From Lytechinus pictus (Eukaryota): a DNA stretch of 64,000 bases. The DNA lies in contig NC_087246.1 in the NCBI RefSeq assembly GCF_037042905.1, forward strand, positions 28,582,001-28,646,000. Direction: 5' to 3'. This document shows positions 12,794 through 38,110 of the stretch, piece by piece. Positions within the stretch are counted from its first letter, which is position 1. Each line of letters opens with the position of its first letter. The notes beneath the pieces are model-generated. The model saw only the letters and a list, made by a program, of their open reading frames with translations, made no database searches and was not told where the DNA came from. The position numbers and the translations under genes are program-made.

Positions 12794-13187
12794 GTTGGGC
12801 TTTGAATTAGAATGCAATCATTTATCAGCTTTATGTTATTATTTATTTAGTATTATTGTTATTATTAATGTTTATATTATTATTTTATTATTGTTATTAT
12901 ATTTTTTATTATTATTGAATTGTATATTTCACAAATATACTGAAAATAGCAGCCGAAATGCTGAATTACAATCAGTTTTATTGCACAAAATAAGGCAATT
13001 TTTTTAGTACCCAAATTGAAACCTGGGTCATGTATGGAATTGTTATAATAGCAAATGCAGAATTTCTACAACAAGTTTGATATCAGCCATTCAAGTCGAA
13101 TGATATCACTAGCTTAAAAACTTTATTGTAAATTTGATATTATATCAAATTTAATTAAATTGACCCATTCTCTGTCAATTTACTCAC

Positions 13188-13277
13188 CTATGAAAATGAA
13201 GACGAACTTTGATCAACGTTGTTGAGTCTGATTCCCAGTCATCTGAATTCAGATGAACCGATTGGTCTGCTTTTATA
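13188..13277 (-). promoter_or_regulatory. Gene A putative TATA box and non-coding first exon
   Basis: TATAAAAG at 13277-13270 (minus), consensus donor TAG|GTGAGT at 13188/13187, and a candidate acceptor at 12800, 6 nt before the ATG. Confidence 0.55.
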
Positions 13278-15371
13278 TCTATGATAATGTGTGATTATGT
13301 CAACCTTCAATAGCATGTGTTTGCATTACCTATTGTTTTGATGGATCGATATCGCTTTAGGATATTACACATGAAATTATAAATTTTTAAATGCTGGCCT
13401 TAATGAAAAACAAGATAAAACCGACTTGAACCGGAATACCTTGTGGAAAAAGAAATATCATGCCAGGACCTCTTATAAAAAAATGCAGTGATTCATTCTA
13501 TCGAATACATTTGACTATATCAAGCTCGTATCTGAAACAATATCGGTTTGAATCCAAACTGGTGTTGTTTGAACGGCTCACCGTTTCAACACTTCTCTGT
13601 TGTGTTCAAATATAGATACCAGGCTGGTGTTAAATTAACACTGGCGTTTTTGCAGTGTACTCACAAGCCAAGGGGAAAGGATTTGAAATGTTCACCTTTG
13701 TTCTTATGAACCAATCAGAAGAAATGTGCAAATGAGGTCATTAAAATGCACATATTCCATCGTCACTTTGCATGGTTTTCACCTGCACTACACACTTGCC
13801 GAGCGGCATCGAAATCGGAGTTTGCTTTATTGGTCTGATTCACCTTTTGGGGTTGAAATGGTTGATGAGAGACATGCATCCATCCATCCATCAATCTCCC
13901 ATCCGTTCAAGCGAAAAGATTCAAGATTTATAAAAACTTGTGATCGCATGATTTACCTGATCTTATATAATTTATGCATTTAATAAATATAGTATTTACA
14001 ATCATTTATCAATACAGAGTTGAAAAATCAAGTAAAAGTAAAATAATCCGAAAACAACAAGCATTGTTATAACTGTATTACATTTATATTAACGTTTTCC
14101 ATATCACGATGGCAAAATGCATACAAAAATATGTACTTACTCTTACCATGAAATTTTGTCATATCTATTTAACACACTGATAAAAATATAGGTCGTTACG
14201 AAGACCCAAGATCAATAGGTTCAAATTCAAACCCAAATTCATTTATTTCAAACACAATAAATATACATTACATTAAGATAAAATCAATAAAATGATTCCA
14301 TGATAATAGAGTAAAATAACAATGAATTTAGGCTATTTAACATTCATTACTGAAAATCTTGCAGTTAATTCTTTTAGATTGCAAGAAACATATAAAGATA
14401 TCAAAATCAACCAAAATAGTAAACTAGTAAAAAATTTGAACAAACAAGAAGAGAAAAAAGATGCACATATGCCTTTTTAATCAATTCATATTCCCTAATC
14501 ATATTCAATAATGAAAATTCAACGAATTTATCGTCATTGCAATGGAAGCATACAAACAGCTAAAACAAAATACAATTTTATAACTACTTGACAATTGACG
14601 ATAAACTGAGCAACGATTCTCTATGTCAGTGTCTGTCGTGTAATTCTCACATAAATCATTATCTAGGTATTTTACCACTCATTGATAAAATCAGTTGAAG
14701 TAAATTCTGACTTGCAATTACTCTTCTTCTGAAGGTCATTGATATGAAACAATGTGAAAATTAAAATAATCCAAGAACATAAATTACTACTCCAATATGT
14801 TACACTGACCATCAGAGACCTCAGTAAAGCAGAAACCAAATCAAATCAATTTATATATATTTTAGCTCTTACTATGTAAGAAAGGAAAATTTTCAGTCTA
14901 TTTGAATTGTTCCGTTTATTTCTCATAATTTCTTTTTTATCTCAATAAGTATTATGATATACAATACCAGGGGGTAATAATACGATAAATGTATTCTTAC
15001 GTAAACCTCATCTCGATACTGATAGAGTTTTATAGCAGTAATCCTCTCTCTTATAAAGTGTATATATCTGCGATCGTTCTTTTTTGTTATATAAGACTAA
15101 ATTTTCATATCAATCCTATATTAGTTTTCAACATCGTAAAATTCTTAATTATATGTTTTACTCATAATTTATATATCTTTTATTGTGAATTGCACAATCC
15201 TTGGTTGCCCCTCCCCTCAAATCCGTGTTCCTACAACCTGTCTTTCTTACAGCTATCTTCCCCTTTTCTTTCTTTCTTTCTTTCTTTTTTATCTTTCTAT
15301 CTTTCTTTCTACCTATATGTTTTTCTTTTACTTCTTTCATTCTAATATATTATTCATATTCATTTATTTGA

Positions 15372-15511
15372 TTACAAAAATGCGATTAAAACCATAAATG
15401 CGGTCATCATCAGATGCATACTGCATAGCAACTGCCTGCCATTCCCTGTCGTTGATGATCTGTCTGTTAATAACACGGTCCCACTTATTGATTCTGTCGT
15501 GGATGGGAGAT
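15372..15511 (-). CDS. Gene B terminal exon: S/T linker + GPI-signal-like tail
   Basis: ttttag|AT; DLPSTTESISGTVLLTDRSSTTGNGRQLLCSMHLMMTAFMVLIAFL*. Confidence 0.82.
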
Positions 15512-18500
15512 CTAAAATGAAAGTGAAAATATAAAGCATTTTCCTTCATAACACTCAATGAGAAATAAATGTTTTTATCATGTAGAATTATTGAATGTAA
15601 ACAATATTGATGCTTCACTTACTCAAAAATTGCATGTAGATACAAGAAAACACTGACAGAGAAATTATGCAACCCAGATTTCTTCTCAGTGGAGGTGTTA
15701 AAGGAATATAAATGTTGCTATTTAGTAAACAATGAACAATAAGCGTGAATATATATCGAACGTAACATTGAAGGTGTATCATAACACCTCAAACAAAATT
15801 AATATTATGCACACTACAAGTACAACTATTCGTAATACTCCAACTACAAAGAAAGGTAACTAGGAGGTTCATTATGATAAAACTGTCGATTACGAAATAT
15901 AAAACAAGAAGCCTGAGCACTTCCAATTGTGGTAAAATAAATAATGATCAAATACGTACATAATAATTTAAATTTAGCTCAATGCGATTTAAAATAACGG
16001 AGAATCATTAATTGGCACATTAACATATTTTGTAAAGTCAATTGTAACTCTTTATATTAGCTTGAGGAAACATCCCCTGGCAAACTGGCTTTGTGTTGGT
16101 ATGGGAAAAGGGTTTATAGGGAGGTATCACTTTACCTGGTAGGCATGTAGCTCCTGTATAATTGAAAGGACAGTTACACAAGAAAGTTGCATTATCCGCA
16201 GAGTTCGTACAGTTTCCTCCATTAAGACACGGATTCGAATCACAGGGGTTCACTGGCACGGACAGAAAATGAATTTTAACATTGGGAGGATAAAACAGAG
16301 GAATATGCAAAATCAATCTTGAAAGTGGAGAATATTCCTCAAGCTCTTATCAGGAAGAAAAATCAAATCGACCTCAATTTCTAGAACTATGTCTAACTCG
16401 AGAAAAATATATGATGCTGTCCACTGCCTTTGACAGTTATTTTCATTTTTCAAATATATTTTTAGAGGTAACTCATTCTCTTCCTCTTTTAATGAGACAA
16501 TGGGGATACGAAATAAACTCTTGCAAAAGTCGTTCTCGACTTTCCTTGAACATAATAGAGTTAGGGTGAGAGTTAAGATGTAGTTTCAGGGTTCAGAATG
16601 ATAATTATGATTAGGTGTAGGGTTAAGTTCGAGGCTCGCCTTTTTTTTAGATTGACTTATTATGAATATCTAACAGAGGAATGGTCGTCGCATCAAATTT
16701 CATGACACCAATCACGTAAGCCTAATATTTAATTCAAAACGTTTTGCTAAGATTGTGCTTCATGAGTACTTAGTGTATATTTGACATTTCAAGCTCTCCA
16801 TAACGTATATTGTGATGATACAATTTATTTTTGTGACATCGGAAGACAGTTTTCTATAGTTCAATGATGACCTTTACAGGCAGAAGTAATAGAAAGGAAA
16901 TCCCAAACCACAAAAACACAACTAACCTTTTACTTACATGTCATTTCACATGTTGATCCAGTAGTGAGCTCTGGACAATTACAAGTGAACGTGTCTCCAT
17001 TTTGATTGCAATCCCCACCGGAAAGACAGGGATTAGGGTTACAAGGGTCAGACGCTGGATCACCTTTTGAAAATAAACATAAAATTGGAATAATAAAAGC
17101 AATAATATTTTCATCAGAGTCCAAATAATTTTATTTTACATGATTTGCCATTATTTACTTACATACAGTATAGCACAAGGATAAATGAGTCCAAACTTTC
17201 AATTTACCTTATTCTTATATCATGATAATACCTTGGTAATGAATAATGATGGTGCAATCAAGTTTTTTGTCATATTATCAATCTTCTACGTGAGATGCAG
17301 TCTGTGAACATATCACCACAAATGAAATAGGAAACATGCACTGTCCAAGAGAAAATTACCTATTTCATACCATTTAAACCTCACTTTGATAAAAATGCTA
17401 ATTCTTGTATTAAACACTAACAATTTAACTAACAACTAAGTATTCCAACTCATGCATTCATGCATATGTTGAAGTTAACTTTCAATCAATATAATACTCA
17501 ATAGCAAATACACATTTCAGGCATGAATTTAATGATATATCAATAATTTATTTTAATATATACATATCAAATTGGTGCATGAGCATGGTGTGTGATCATC
17601 TTTATACATGTTTTGTCCAAACATTATATTTCAGCTATATAATCTGAGGAAGGGAACTCACTTCGTGAGATACACGCATTGAAGTAAAATACAACAAAAA
17701 GACCCTATCGAAAAACAAATATTCGATAGTAGCATGTCTTTTGTGTCTTTGATTGAGAATGAGGATTTTCACATTTCTGTGAAATGTTTTTATTTACATG
17801 TTATGCAACAAAATCACTTACGTTCTATACTGCTTGTTGTCTCTGCCACCCAAAACACGCTTCTTGACTGGACAAATGTTGCCCTGAAAAAAAAACTATG
17901 CTGGTCATCTCAAAGTAAAGATGTACAAGTCGGGATGTGAGCCTATCATATCTGTTGTTGGATAACAGTTCTCATGTCCATGGGAGATTTGACAGATATG
18001 TAAAGACCTCTACCAACCAAAGGGAAGCTTTATATATTCATGAAACTATAATTTCATATTGCCACATACTTTTTTTTTCAATCTATAGAATCTAATGACC
18101 AAACCTCACTATTATTTTTACAATATACAAAAAAACTTCCAAAATCTCGGAGACAATCTTAGCTAATTGAAATGGTAAGAGATCGATATGAAGTACATGT
18201 CTAGGGAACCACTGAGTCCATACAACGGCAGTGGCGTAGCTAGGACTTTTTTCCTGGGGGGGGGGGGGGCACTGGGGGTCCTTGCTTTTTCAGGGGGGGG
18301 GGGGCACCATTTTTTCCGTTGTGTGTGTATGTGTCACAAGGGCGGATCCGACTTTCGCAAATCGGGGACGGGTCCCGAAATTATCTTCACCTATATTTCC
18401 CCCGATTAGTCACTTCTTAGTTTTATTCTGATAAAACAACATAAACATGAAATAATCTCATATAAGCCTTATAAAAAGTGTGAGCGCGAAGCGCGAGCGA

Positions 18501-21500
18501 TTTTTGTTTTTTTACTTTCATGTATTTTGTCCTGAAAATTTGATATTCTGGGCAGTGGGCAATGTTATGTGTGATCCTGAACAAGATTCGTATGTAACTA
18601 GATGGTTACTGCGAACGCCAAGCGCGAGCAGAAATTTTTATTAACTGTTCTAGCATTATCGAAAAGGGGCCTGTTAAGGACTGCTTACAGTTACCCACGA
18701 AGACGGTTTATATTTCAATAATGCGAGCGCGAAGCGCGAGCAGATTTTTTTGACATTCCGACCTAAAAAATGGTCATTCTAAGCACTTTTTGTATTAATA
18801 AATGGGATAGGTATGTAACTAAACAATTGATGTGAGCGCGAAGCGCGAGAGGAAGAAAATTGAGATTTTAGATCTAAAAGCGGGACACTCTATTCATATT
18901 TTGTAAATCATAAATAGGATATAGTTAATTGGGTATCATTAATAATGCGATCATGAAGCGTGAGCAGACAATTATTGATATTCTGATGTGAAACTGGATA
19001 ATTTAAGTACATTTAGTATAAAGAACATGCAGGCTATCGAGCATGTTTTAGAATTAGACCTAGAATCTGGGCAGTCTGAATACATTTGTTTAATGGAACA
19101 TTATGGAATACACGTAGACAATAGGAACTTGGCAAATCAAACAATTTGACCACGCAGCGTGCATGAACTTAAAAATGCTGATATGTAGACTATAAAAGGG
19201 ACATTTTACAGCTAGAGCACTTAAATTTGTTAATGAAAAAAAATTGCTGAAAGCTCGATGTCCGAGCTAAAATATATTTTGTATATTGACTTCAAAACTT
19301 GCTCCATATCAGCCTATGGAGCAAGATATGAATCTCATCGAACAGGCAATTTTGGCGCGAAGCGCAAGCAAAAGTTTTATATAGTAACATGAAAGATTTT
19401 TTTTTTGCAAGTCTTCCCTTCACATTATTCCATTCACTCGTCTTCCTCCTCTTATTTTCCTCTTCTTTTTTTCTTCTCTTTCTTCTTCTTTTCCTTTTTT
19501 CTTTTCTTCTTTCTCCCTTTTTTTTGCTCTGCCAATTTTTTTCTTCTTCTTTTCCTTTTTTCTTTTCTTCTTTCTCCCTTTTTTTTGCTCTGCCAATTTT
19601 TTTCAGGGGGGGGGCACCTGGGGGGGGGGGGCACACCAAATCTCAGGGGGGCACCTGGGGGGGGGGGCACACCAAATCTCAGGGGGGGGCACGTGCCCCC
19701 CAGGCCCCCCGTAGCTACGCCACTGAACAACGGTGCCGAAGGTGACATCTGGACAGACTGTCCCTTACCTGGTGACTATAGTGACAAAAAAGAACGGGAA
19801 AATCGAAACAGATTTGATACTTTACGTGAAATAGACAGCTCCATTGGTTTCAGGAGGTGTCCAATTGAATTCAATAGTAGCTGCTTTGTCGTCATTATTA
19901 GCATGAGTTATGGCCGAATTAGCACTCTCACATGCCAGATATTCAAAATTAGTGGCGTCCCCATGCGACCATGTACCAATGATCGGGTCTCCATCGCTGG
20001 AAGTTTCTCGTCGAGCTTGGATCAGAATACCCTTCAAAGCTGCAGAAGCGCTGTCCTTCGAAATTGTGACTAAAGAGAGAGAGAGAAGGGGGACAGGACA
20101 GAACAGACAGACAGAAGAGACCGAACAGCGAGTAAAAAGTAGAGAACGAAATGCAAGTGAAGAACAATACTGACAACATGAAATAAAAAAAGATTGGATA
20201 TTGTAGGCCCAATTATTATTTTTTCATTTTTTCCCTTTACGTTGATTATATTTATTTCTCAACATGACAATACATCTTTCCAGTGACGATCAATTTTATG
20301 ACAATACCATACACTTCATTATCGCATTAAGAACAAGAGGTTTTGAACTGTTAGGTTTACACAGTGACTAACGTATTTTTAAAAATACATACAAACCAGT
20401 AATAAAGGAGGTGTTTGAATGCGCTTGCTCACTCGCTCACATAAAAAAAAAAAACGCCACAAGTTGTTGGTTTAGTTTTATTCATCCAATGATTAATACA
20501 TTGTAAATTTACTTTGTTGGAAAACGAATTGACATTATTTAAATATTTACTCAGATGCGGATGGATTATTCTTTTCAGAGCAATTGATATATTGGTTTTA
20601 TTCTTACCCATTTATTCGAATAGCACACCAATGAATCATGCCTTTAACAAATTGAACATTATCCTCAATGCAATTTTATTTAGGTAAGGGATAATTTAAT
20701 ATTCGAAGTCTTGTTGTTTGTGTTATTTTTGATATGTAGATATTTCCTCATGCAGCTAACATAAACGGAAACAAATATATGCAATGTCATAATACGATTG
20801 TTCGCCTCTTGTCATGTGAACATTAAAATAAAACATAGTGCCCAGTTGTTGACTATGACACTATATTTCCACTTTTTCACCAAAATTTGAATAATCAAAT
20901 GATATATAATTTGCTATGAAATGAGACTTCAAAATTTGGACTAGTTAAGGCAAATAATAATTATCCTATATCTTTCGTGTGGATGTTTAATTGGCTAGTG
21001 GTAAATGATTGTATAGTTTCCTGGGCTCGTATTACAAAGTGTTGCTACAGATTCAAACCAAACTCAAATTGATATTGATGATATCTCATAATTACACGTA
21101 TTTATATAGATCAATCGCAATTTGAATTCATCGTAACTCTATGTGAGACGAGGTCCTGAGGCCCGTAACACAGCTTAGCAATCATCGTAGAATAATACCT
21201 TTACGATTGATTGCATTGACCAGAATGTTCAATCAATCGTGAAAATCAAGCGTATGATCAATTGCTAACCTTTGTGTAACGGGGCACACATTCATGCGTG
21301 ATATTTGTTGGCATAATCAGGATGGTGACACGACCAATGACCTGTGCAAAACCTCACTATGTTTGTCACAACAACTCGTAGAATATCCCTCTCTGCCTAC
21401 ACTTTTGTACTCCTCGAGCCATGCAAAACCATTATCTTTCTTTATTTCGAGAACCAACCTGCTTTGTATCCAGAAATGATTATATATAACCATCGACGTA

Positions 21501-22506
21501 TACTATACTTATATGCACCCGACCTTAATGCTCACTGGTATGAAATTTTCCTAACCGATCATGGTATTTCTTTTCCAAGATTGAACTAGGTATGGTAAGT
21601 AAACTATCAATGATAAAAGCAGGATTGAGTCTGAGGTTAAAGGGGAATCCAGCCTTGGCCATAAATTGTTGTGCTGGGAAGGAGAAAAATAAATTAAACA
21701 GAATGGTGAAAGTTTGAAAGAAATCGGACAAGCAATAAGAAAGTTATAGCTGCTAAAAATTGAGATCACTAATACTATGTAGATTTCAAATTGGCAACTG
21801 AGTGAGTAAATTATGACAAGGGGCAAGGACAACTTTCCCATAGGCCATGTACTTTATTCTCAGGGATTTGTGGTTTTCTCCTAAGTACCCATTCCCCTGG
21901 GGCAGTAATCTCAATATAACCCAGGTAGTAAATTGTTTTATGTCCTCATGAAAGAAAAATATAATTTGAAATACAACTTTATGGGAAAATGACATTTTAG
22001 CCAAAATATGTATTGGAGTACATGGAAGAGTAGTCCTTGCCTTACATCACTATGACATCCCATATGCGGCCAATTTGAAGTCTCCATGGGTATAGTGATT
22101 ACCAATATGTACAACTTTAAAAATTCATTACTTTCTTGTTGTTTGTCCAATATTGTTCAAACTTTCCCCTATCAACTTGTCTGATTTTTCTTTTCCCTAT
22201 AAAAACAAGTTTTTATTTGGGTTGGATTCCCCTTTAATCTTTTATTTCATAGTGACAAAAGAGAGCAAGAGGGGTGCGCTTACCGGTTATCTGCTGTCCT
22301 GGGGTATAGGCTGCATGACTTATTGACATGGTATAGGGGCTACTCGATGTCTGGGGACTTGCAGGATAATGCTGCGGAGTCATATGGCTGCAGGCTTGTA
22401 TTGGAGCTCCACCCGGGTAGGCTTTGCTGTTGTGAACTTGACACACGATCATGACAACAATTTTCGAAATGACAAGCAAGTTAAAAGGTTTCGAGCTTCC
22501 CGCCAT
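15372..22506 (-). CDS. Gene B: signal peptide-Reeler-2xEGF-S/T-GPI-signal protein, ~303 aa, 6 exons
   Basis: complement(join(22506..22284,20069..19826,17883..17822,17063..16938,16252..16136,15511..15372)) = 912 nt, open frame, all introns GT-AG. Confidence 0.87.
16136..16252 (-). CDS. Gene B EGF exon 2
   Basis: [38 protein letters not shown]; 117 nt, phase 1-1. Confidence 0.88.
16938..17063 (-). CDS. Gene B EGF exon 1
   Basis: [41 protein letters not shown]; 126 nt, phase 1-1. Confidence 0.88.
17822..17883 (-). CDS. Gene B exon: Reeler C-terminal part
   Basis: tttcag|G; ATFVQSRSVFWVAETTSSIE; donor gtaagt. Confidence 0.9.
18229..19725. mobile_element. Non-autonomous hAT-like element
   Basis: TIR CAGTGGCGTAGCTA / TAGCTACGCCACTG; 8-bp TSD tacaacgg / aacaacgg; internal gcgagcgcgaagcgcgagc repeats and poly-G tracts. 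Confidence 0.8.
19826..20069 (-). CDS. Gene B exon: Reeler core
   Basis: ctttag|TC; LKGILIQARR...IGTW...CESANSAITHAN...FNWTPP...VYF; 244 nt. Confidence 0.92.
21641..22233. mobile_element. Non-autonomous Kolobok-like element
   Basis: TTAA|AGGGGAATCCA ... TGGATTCCCCT|TTAA. Confidence 0.78.
22284..22506 (-). CDS. Gene B exon: signal peptide + Reeler N-terminal part
   Basis: MAGSSKPFNLLVISKIVVMIVCQVHNSKA-YPGGAPIQACSHMTPQH...SPY...YTPGQQIT; donor gtaagc. Confidence 0.9.
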
Positions 22507-24490
22507 TTCCCCTTTCTTCCTATCCTCCCCTATCCTCCAATTGCGTAAACAAGCAAATTATTTTCTCAGGCCTTTCCCGTTAATCCCAATTAACGTTTGA
22601 TATGCTACAAAATCGGGAATAACCTCTGCGATTTAAAGAATACTAAATCACCAAAAGTCTTTGTTGAAGATTCCACTGCACACAAATAAAATACAAAAAA
22701 ACTCCGCAGCATTGTGGTAGGTAGTTTCCGCGTAATTCGTGCTATGAAGTACATGTATACTTCCATGGTTTTTCACAAAGTCACGCATGGGTGTTCAAAT
22801 CCTTGATCTGTAGAGATGTACGTGCATGGTACAGATCGAACTCACTGTTTTGTTTGTATCTTTGTGATTCCTATTCTGCGCATTGATCATTATGACACAA
22901 TATCACTGTATTCACTGTACAAGTATGCCATACCTTATTAATGTCTACAGTGAAAAAGTGATCGTACACAATAGAATTATACACCTCAAAAGCAAACTTT
23001 CGACGTTTTTTTAGACTTGAAACTTTAATTTCTATTTACTTTTCAAATTCTCGAGGGAAATATTTATCAACTCCATTCTAAGCGCTCAAGGTCGACCGAA
23101 TTTATTGACGTGGATTAATTTTTTGCAAAGTGCCCTCTCAAGCAAGATTATTATATACCAAATCCACTCTCGCTCTCTCCTTTCTCACACATATACCTTA
23201 TTCTTAAAATGTTAAATGATATTTTATTTCTTCCTCTTCAAAACATGAAAAGTATTACAATATGTGTCTAATCATACATGATCTTTTTCCATCAGCATAC
23301 ACAGAGAAATGAGGAAATTATTACAAATTTATTCAGAACTACTTAACATCTGTCAATAGAAATTAAAACTCGCATCGACACGATTTCTTCATTCCATTAA
23401 TGCAATTAATGAATATCATTTTCTTAAATGAAACAGTTTAAATTACACAGAATTATTCATCCTCTTAATATCCCTTCCCCTCACCCTCCTTCATGCAACC
23501 CTTTCCCCTCACCTTTGATCCCTTACCACTTAAAACACACACCTACAAAACGCACCAAGTTCCACACCCTCACATACACTTGCATCAGAACAAGACTTGA
23601 GAGGGGCTAGTACATTGGCCTGCATTTATCATTATTCATAGTTATTTATTTATTCGTATATACACGGAATTATTGACAGCAGCACAGGATGAAAGGGTCA
23701 TTCTATAAGCACATTATATAGAATTACAGGGCCTAATGATTGAATTGCATCTATAATAGACACCATCCTGCAATATAATGATAGAAAGAAATGGATATAC
23801 AGAGAGGGGGAGGTGGGAGGGAGAGATAGAGAGAGAGATAGGGAGGGGGGATGAGTGGAGAATGACGTGAGTAAAAATTGAATGTAGAAAAAGAGGGGAG
23901 GGAGGGGGAAAGTGAGTGAGAGAGATAGTATGTGAATTTCACTTTGCTGTTTAAGAAGGAAGAAGTTTTTTTTTATCATTTAAAAATGCAATTAGATCTG
24001 TGAAACGTCGAGTATGCATAAGTTTACAAATGGCAAACAAAATATAGTGTACAAACATATTTCATAAAGTCTGGGTTTATTGCCTACAAACATCAACAAA
24101 GCCCGCTATTCTTAAGCAAAAAGTCAATTTGTGTATGTCAAATGAGTAATTTGAATCTAGCAGTATAACAATATATATATACATTTATATGAATATTCAA
24201 AATGTTTCATTGGATTTAGATGATTTTTTTCCCAGTTACTTCTTTCTATTCTCATTCTGTACTCTGCTAGAGGATTAAATTCCAATTCTAAAACATAACC
24301 GTACCGTACATAATCATTTTCCGGTACGTTAAATGTTATGATTAAAACAAAATTGAATACTACTCTAACTGCATCAGTATACATGTCTTCACTGAATACA
24401 GTAAAATTGACAAATGCGATGATTAACATTATTGTTACGATTTCTCTACATATTCAACGGAAATGTAATATTTCGGAGTACATCGTGAAC

Positions 24491-25073
24491 AGTACCAAAG
24501 TGACGACGTCACTCTCTCTCTCTGAGGTGCCGTGGCCGAGTGGTCTATGGCGCTTGGCTATACATAGAAAGTCCGGGTTCGATCCCCGGCCGCGGCACCT
24601 ATGTCCGTGAGCAAAGCATTTAATGTACAATGCTCTTTTATCCTGCTTTCAAAAAAATGGAAATGTTATATGCATTATTGGTAACTTGGTGTGCACTTGT
24701 TAAAAAAAAAAAAAAAAACCCTTTCCCGCACTTCAGCGTTTTTTATACCATATTTTGGTAGAGCATGATGAAATACCTTCACAACCTAAATAATATGTTA
24801 GGAACTGGTCCATTGGGGCCTTAGATATGACTTCATGAATACAAATAGCCCCATTGAAGTCAAAGTAATGTTGACCTGGTTCCTAGAATTTAGAACCAGG
24901 CCAATAATATATTGATTCCAATTGGGTTAATTATGCATTCATGAGGTCATATCTAAGGCCCTCATGGACCGGTCCCTACTAGATATGGGTTGTGGAAGTA
25001 TTTCACCATGCTCTACCAAAATATGGTACACAAAAACGCTGATATGCAAAAAGTGACGTCACACGTCGGTACT
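24491..25073. mobile_element. Foldback MITE interrupted by a SINE
   Basis: ~24733-25040 is a long imperfect palindrome (ccatattttggtagagcatg / catgctctaccaaaatatgg); termini agtacc..gacgtcact and agtgacgtcacacgtcggtact. Confidence 0.7.
24524..24718 (+). mobile_element. tRNA-derived SINE
   Basis: GGTGCCGTGGCCGAGTGG (A box) ... GGTTCGATCCCCGGCCGCGGCACC (B box and acceptor-like stem), body, A-rich tail. Confidence 0.8.
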
Positions 25074-25472
25074 CAATAGCATAGATTAATTGTGTTCTTG
25101 TTCTTAATCTGCTTGTACAAAAGTGCTGGTTATAAAAGGATGACACATTTACTCTAAAAGTGTTTGATTATGCAACAAAAACATCAACATGGTTATTCAA
25201 CTTAAACGGCTTCTATAAAGACATATTGCACAAATCTGAAACTTAAATGTACTATGTTCAGTAGAAGTTTGATAGATTTTGAAAATGCATAACAGAGTAA
25301 ACCTATATAAGAAAATGAATTTGATGATATTAATGTTTTAACAGATTGATCTTACAAACTAACAGACTTAATTGCCAATCAGTACAGTCAGATACAATCA
25401 ATTCAACGTTTAGATTGATGTTGTTGTTGTTGTTTTTTACTGGGAGATGCATGTTGCCCCCTTCAAATATCC

Positions 25473-37467
<11,995 letters not shown>

Positions 37468-37988
37468 TCTGTTTGGGGAGATGTGGTAAGTCAATGAAAT
37501 AAAGTAAGAAAACCAAAACAAATTCATTCTAAATACGCGAATTGAGCTAGGATTGAGTAAAAAACAGGCCTAAATTTCTTTTTTATTCTTCTTACAACAT
37601 AGATCATATAGATCATATCATAATGGTTTTTGGTTCCTGGAATTGCATAGTTGGTTGTATGAGGGAAGATAACAATTGTCCCCAATAAGCAACAATATTA
37701 TTGAAATACTGTTAAAAAAAATCTACATATCCTGTTCATATCTTTTAGAAGACAACCATAAAGATATTCTTTTTAATCGCACCGGTAACTTTTGGTTACA
37801 GTAAAAACGACATGAAAATGTAGGACAATGCAATGACAACAATTTTTTTTTCATTTTCTATGGTTGGACCATGAGTTAAAAATAAGCAAAATATATCTTT
37901 CAGAAATTTTCGACACATCACTTTAGATGATTGCTCATATCTTATATATCGAAGTAAACTATATTTACAATTAGAATGTCATACATAC

Positions 37989-38110
37989 CTTTCAAGTTAT
38001 TTTAGGCGGTCCCAGTGGAAGAAACATTTATTTGTAAATCTCCCACTTTCTTTGCAGATTTTGAGCAATTAATTCAAATGGGAGTGGTTGTTCCCCTTTG
38101 CAGTTATACT
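37989..38110 (-). promoter_or_regulatory. Gene C candidate non-coding first exon
   Basis: Donor AAG|GTATGT at 37989/37988; acceptor aaacag one base before the ATG (37469); 5' limit unknown. Confidence 0.35.

Noticed and set aside
19292-20073. Long Lys/Glu-rich or Phe-rich ORFs
   Set aside because: They arise from a low-complexity pyrimidine tract and poly-G runs of a hAT-like element, partly antisense to the real gene B exon.
24526-24598. Functional tRNA gene
   Set aside because: The anticodon arm is defective and the sequence continues into a SINE body and A-tail.
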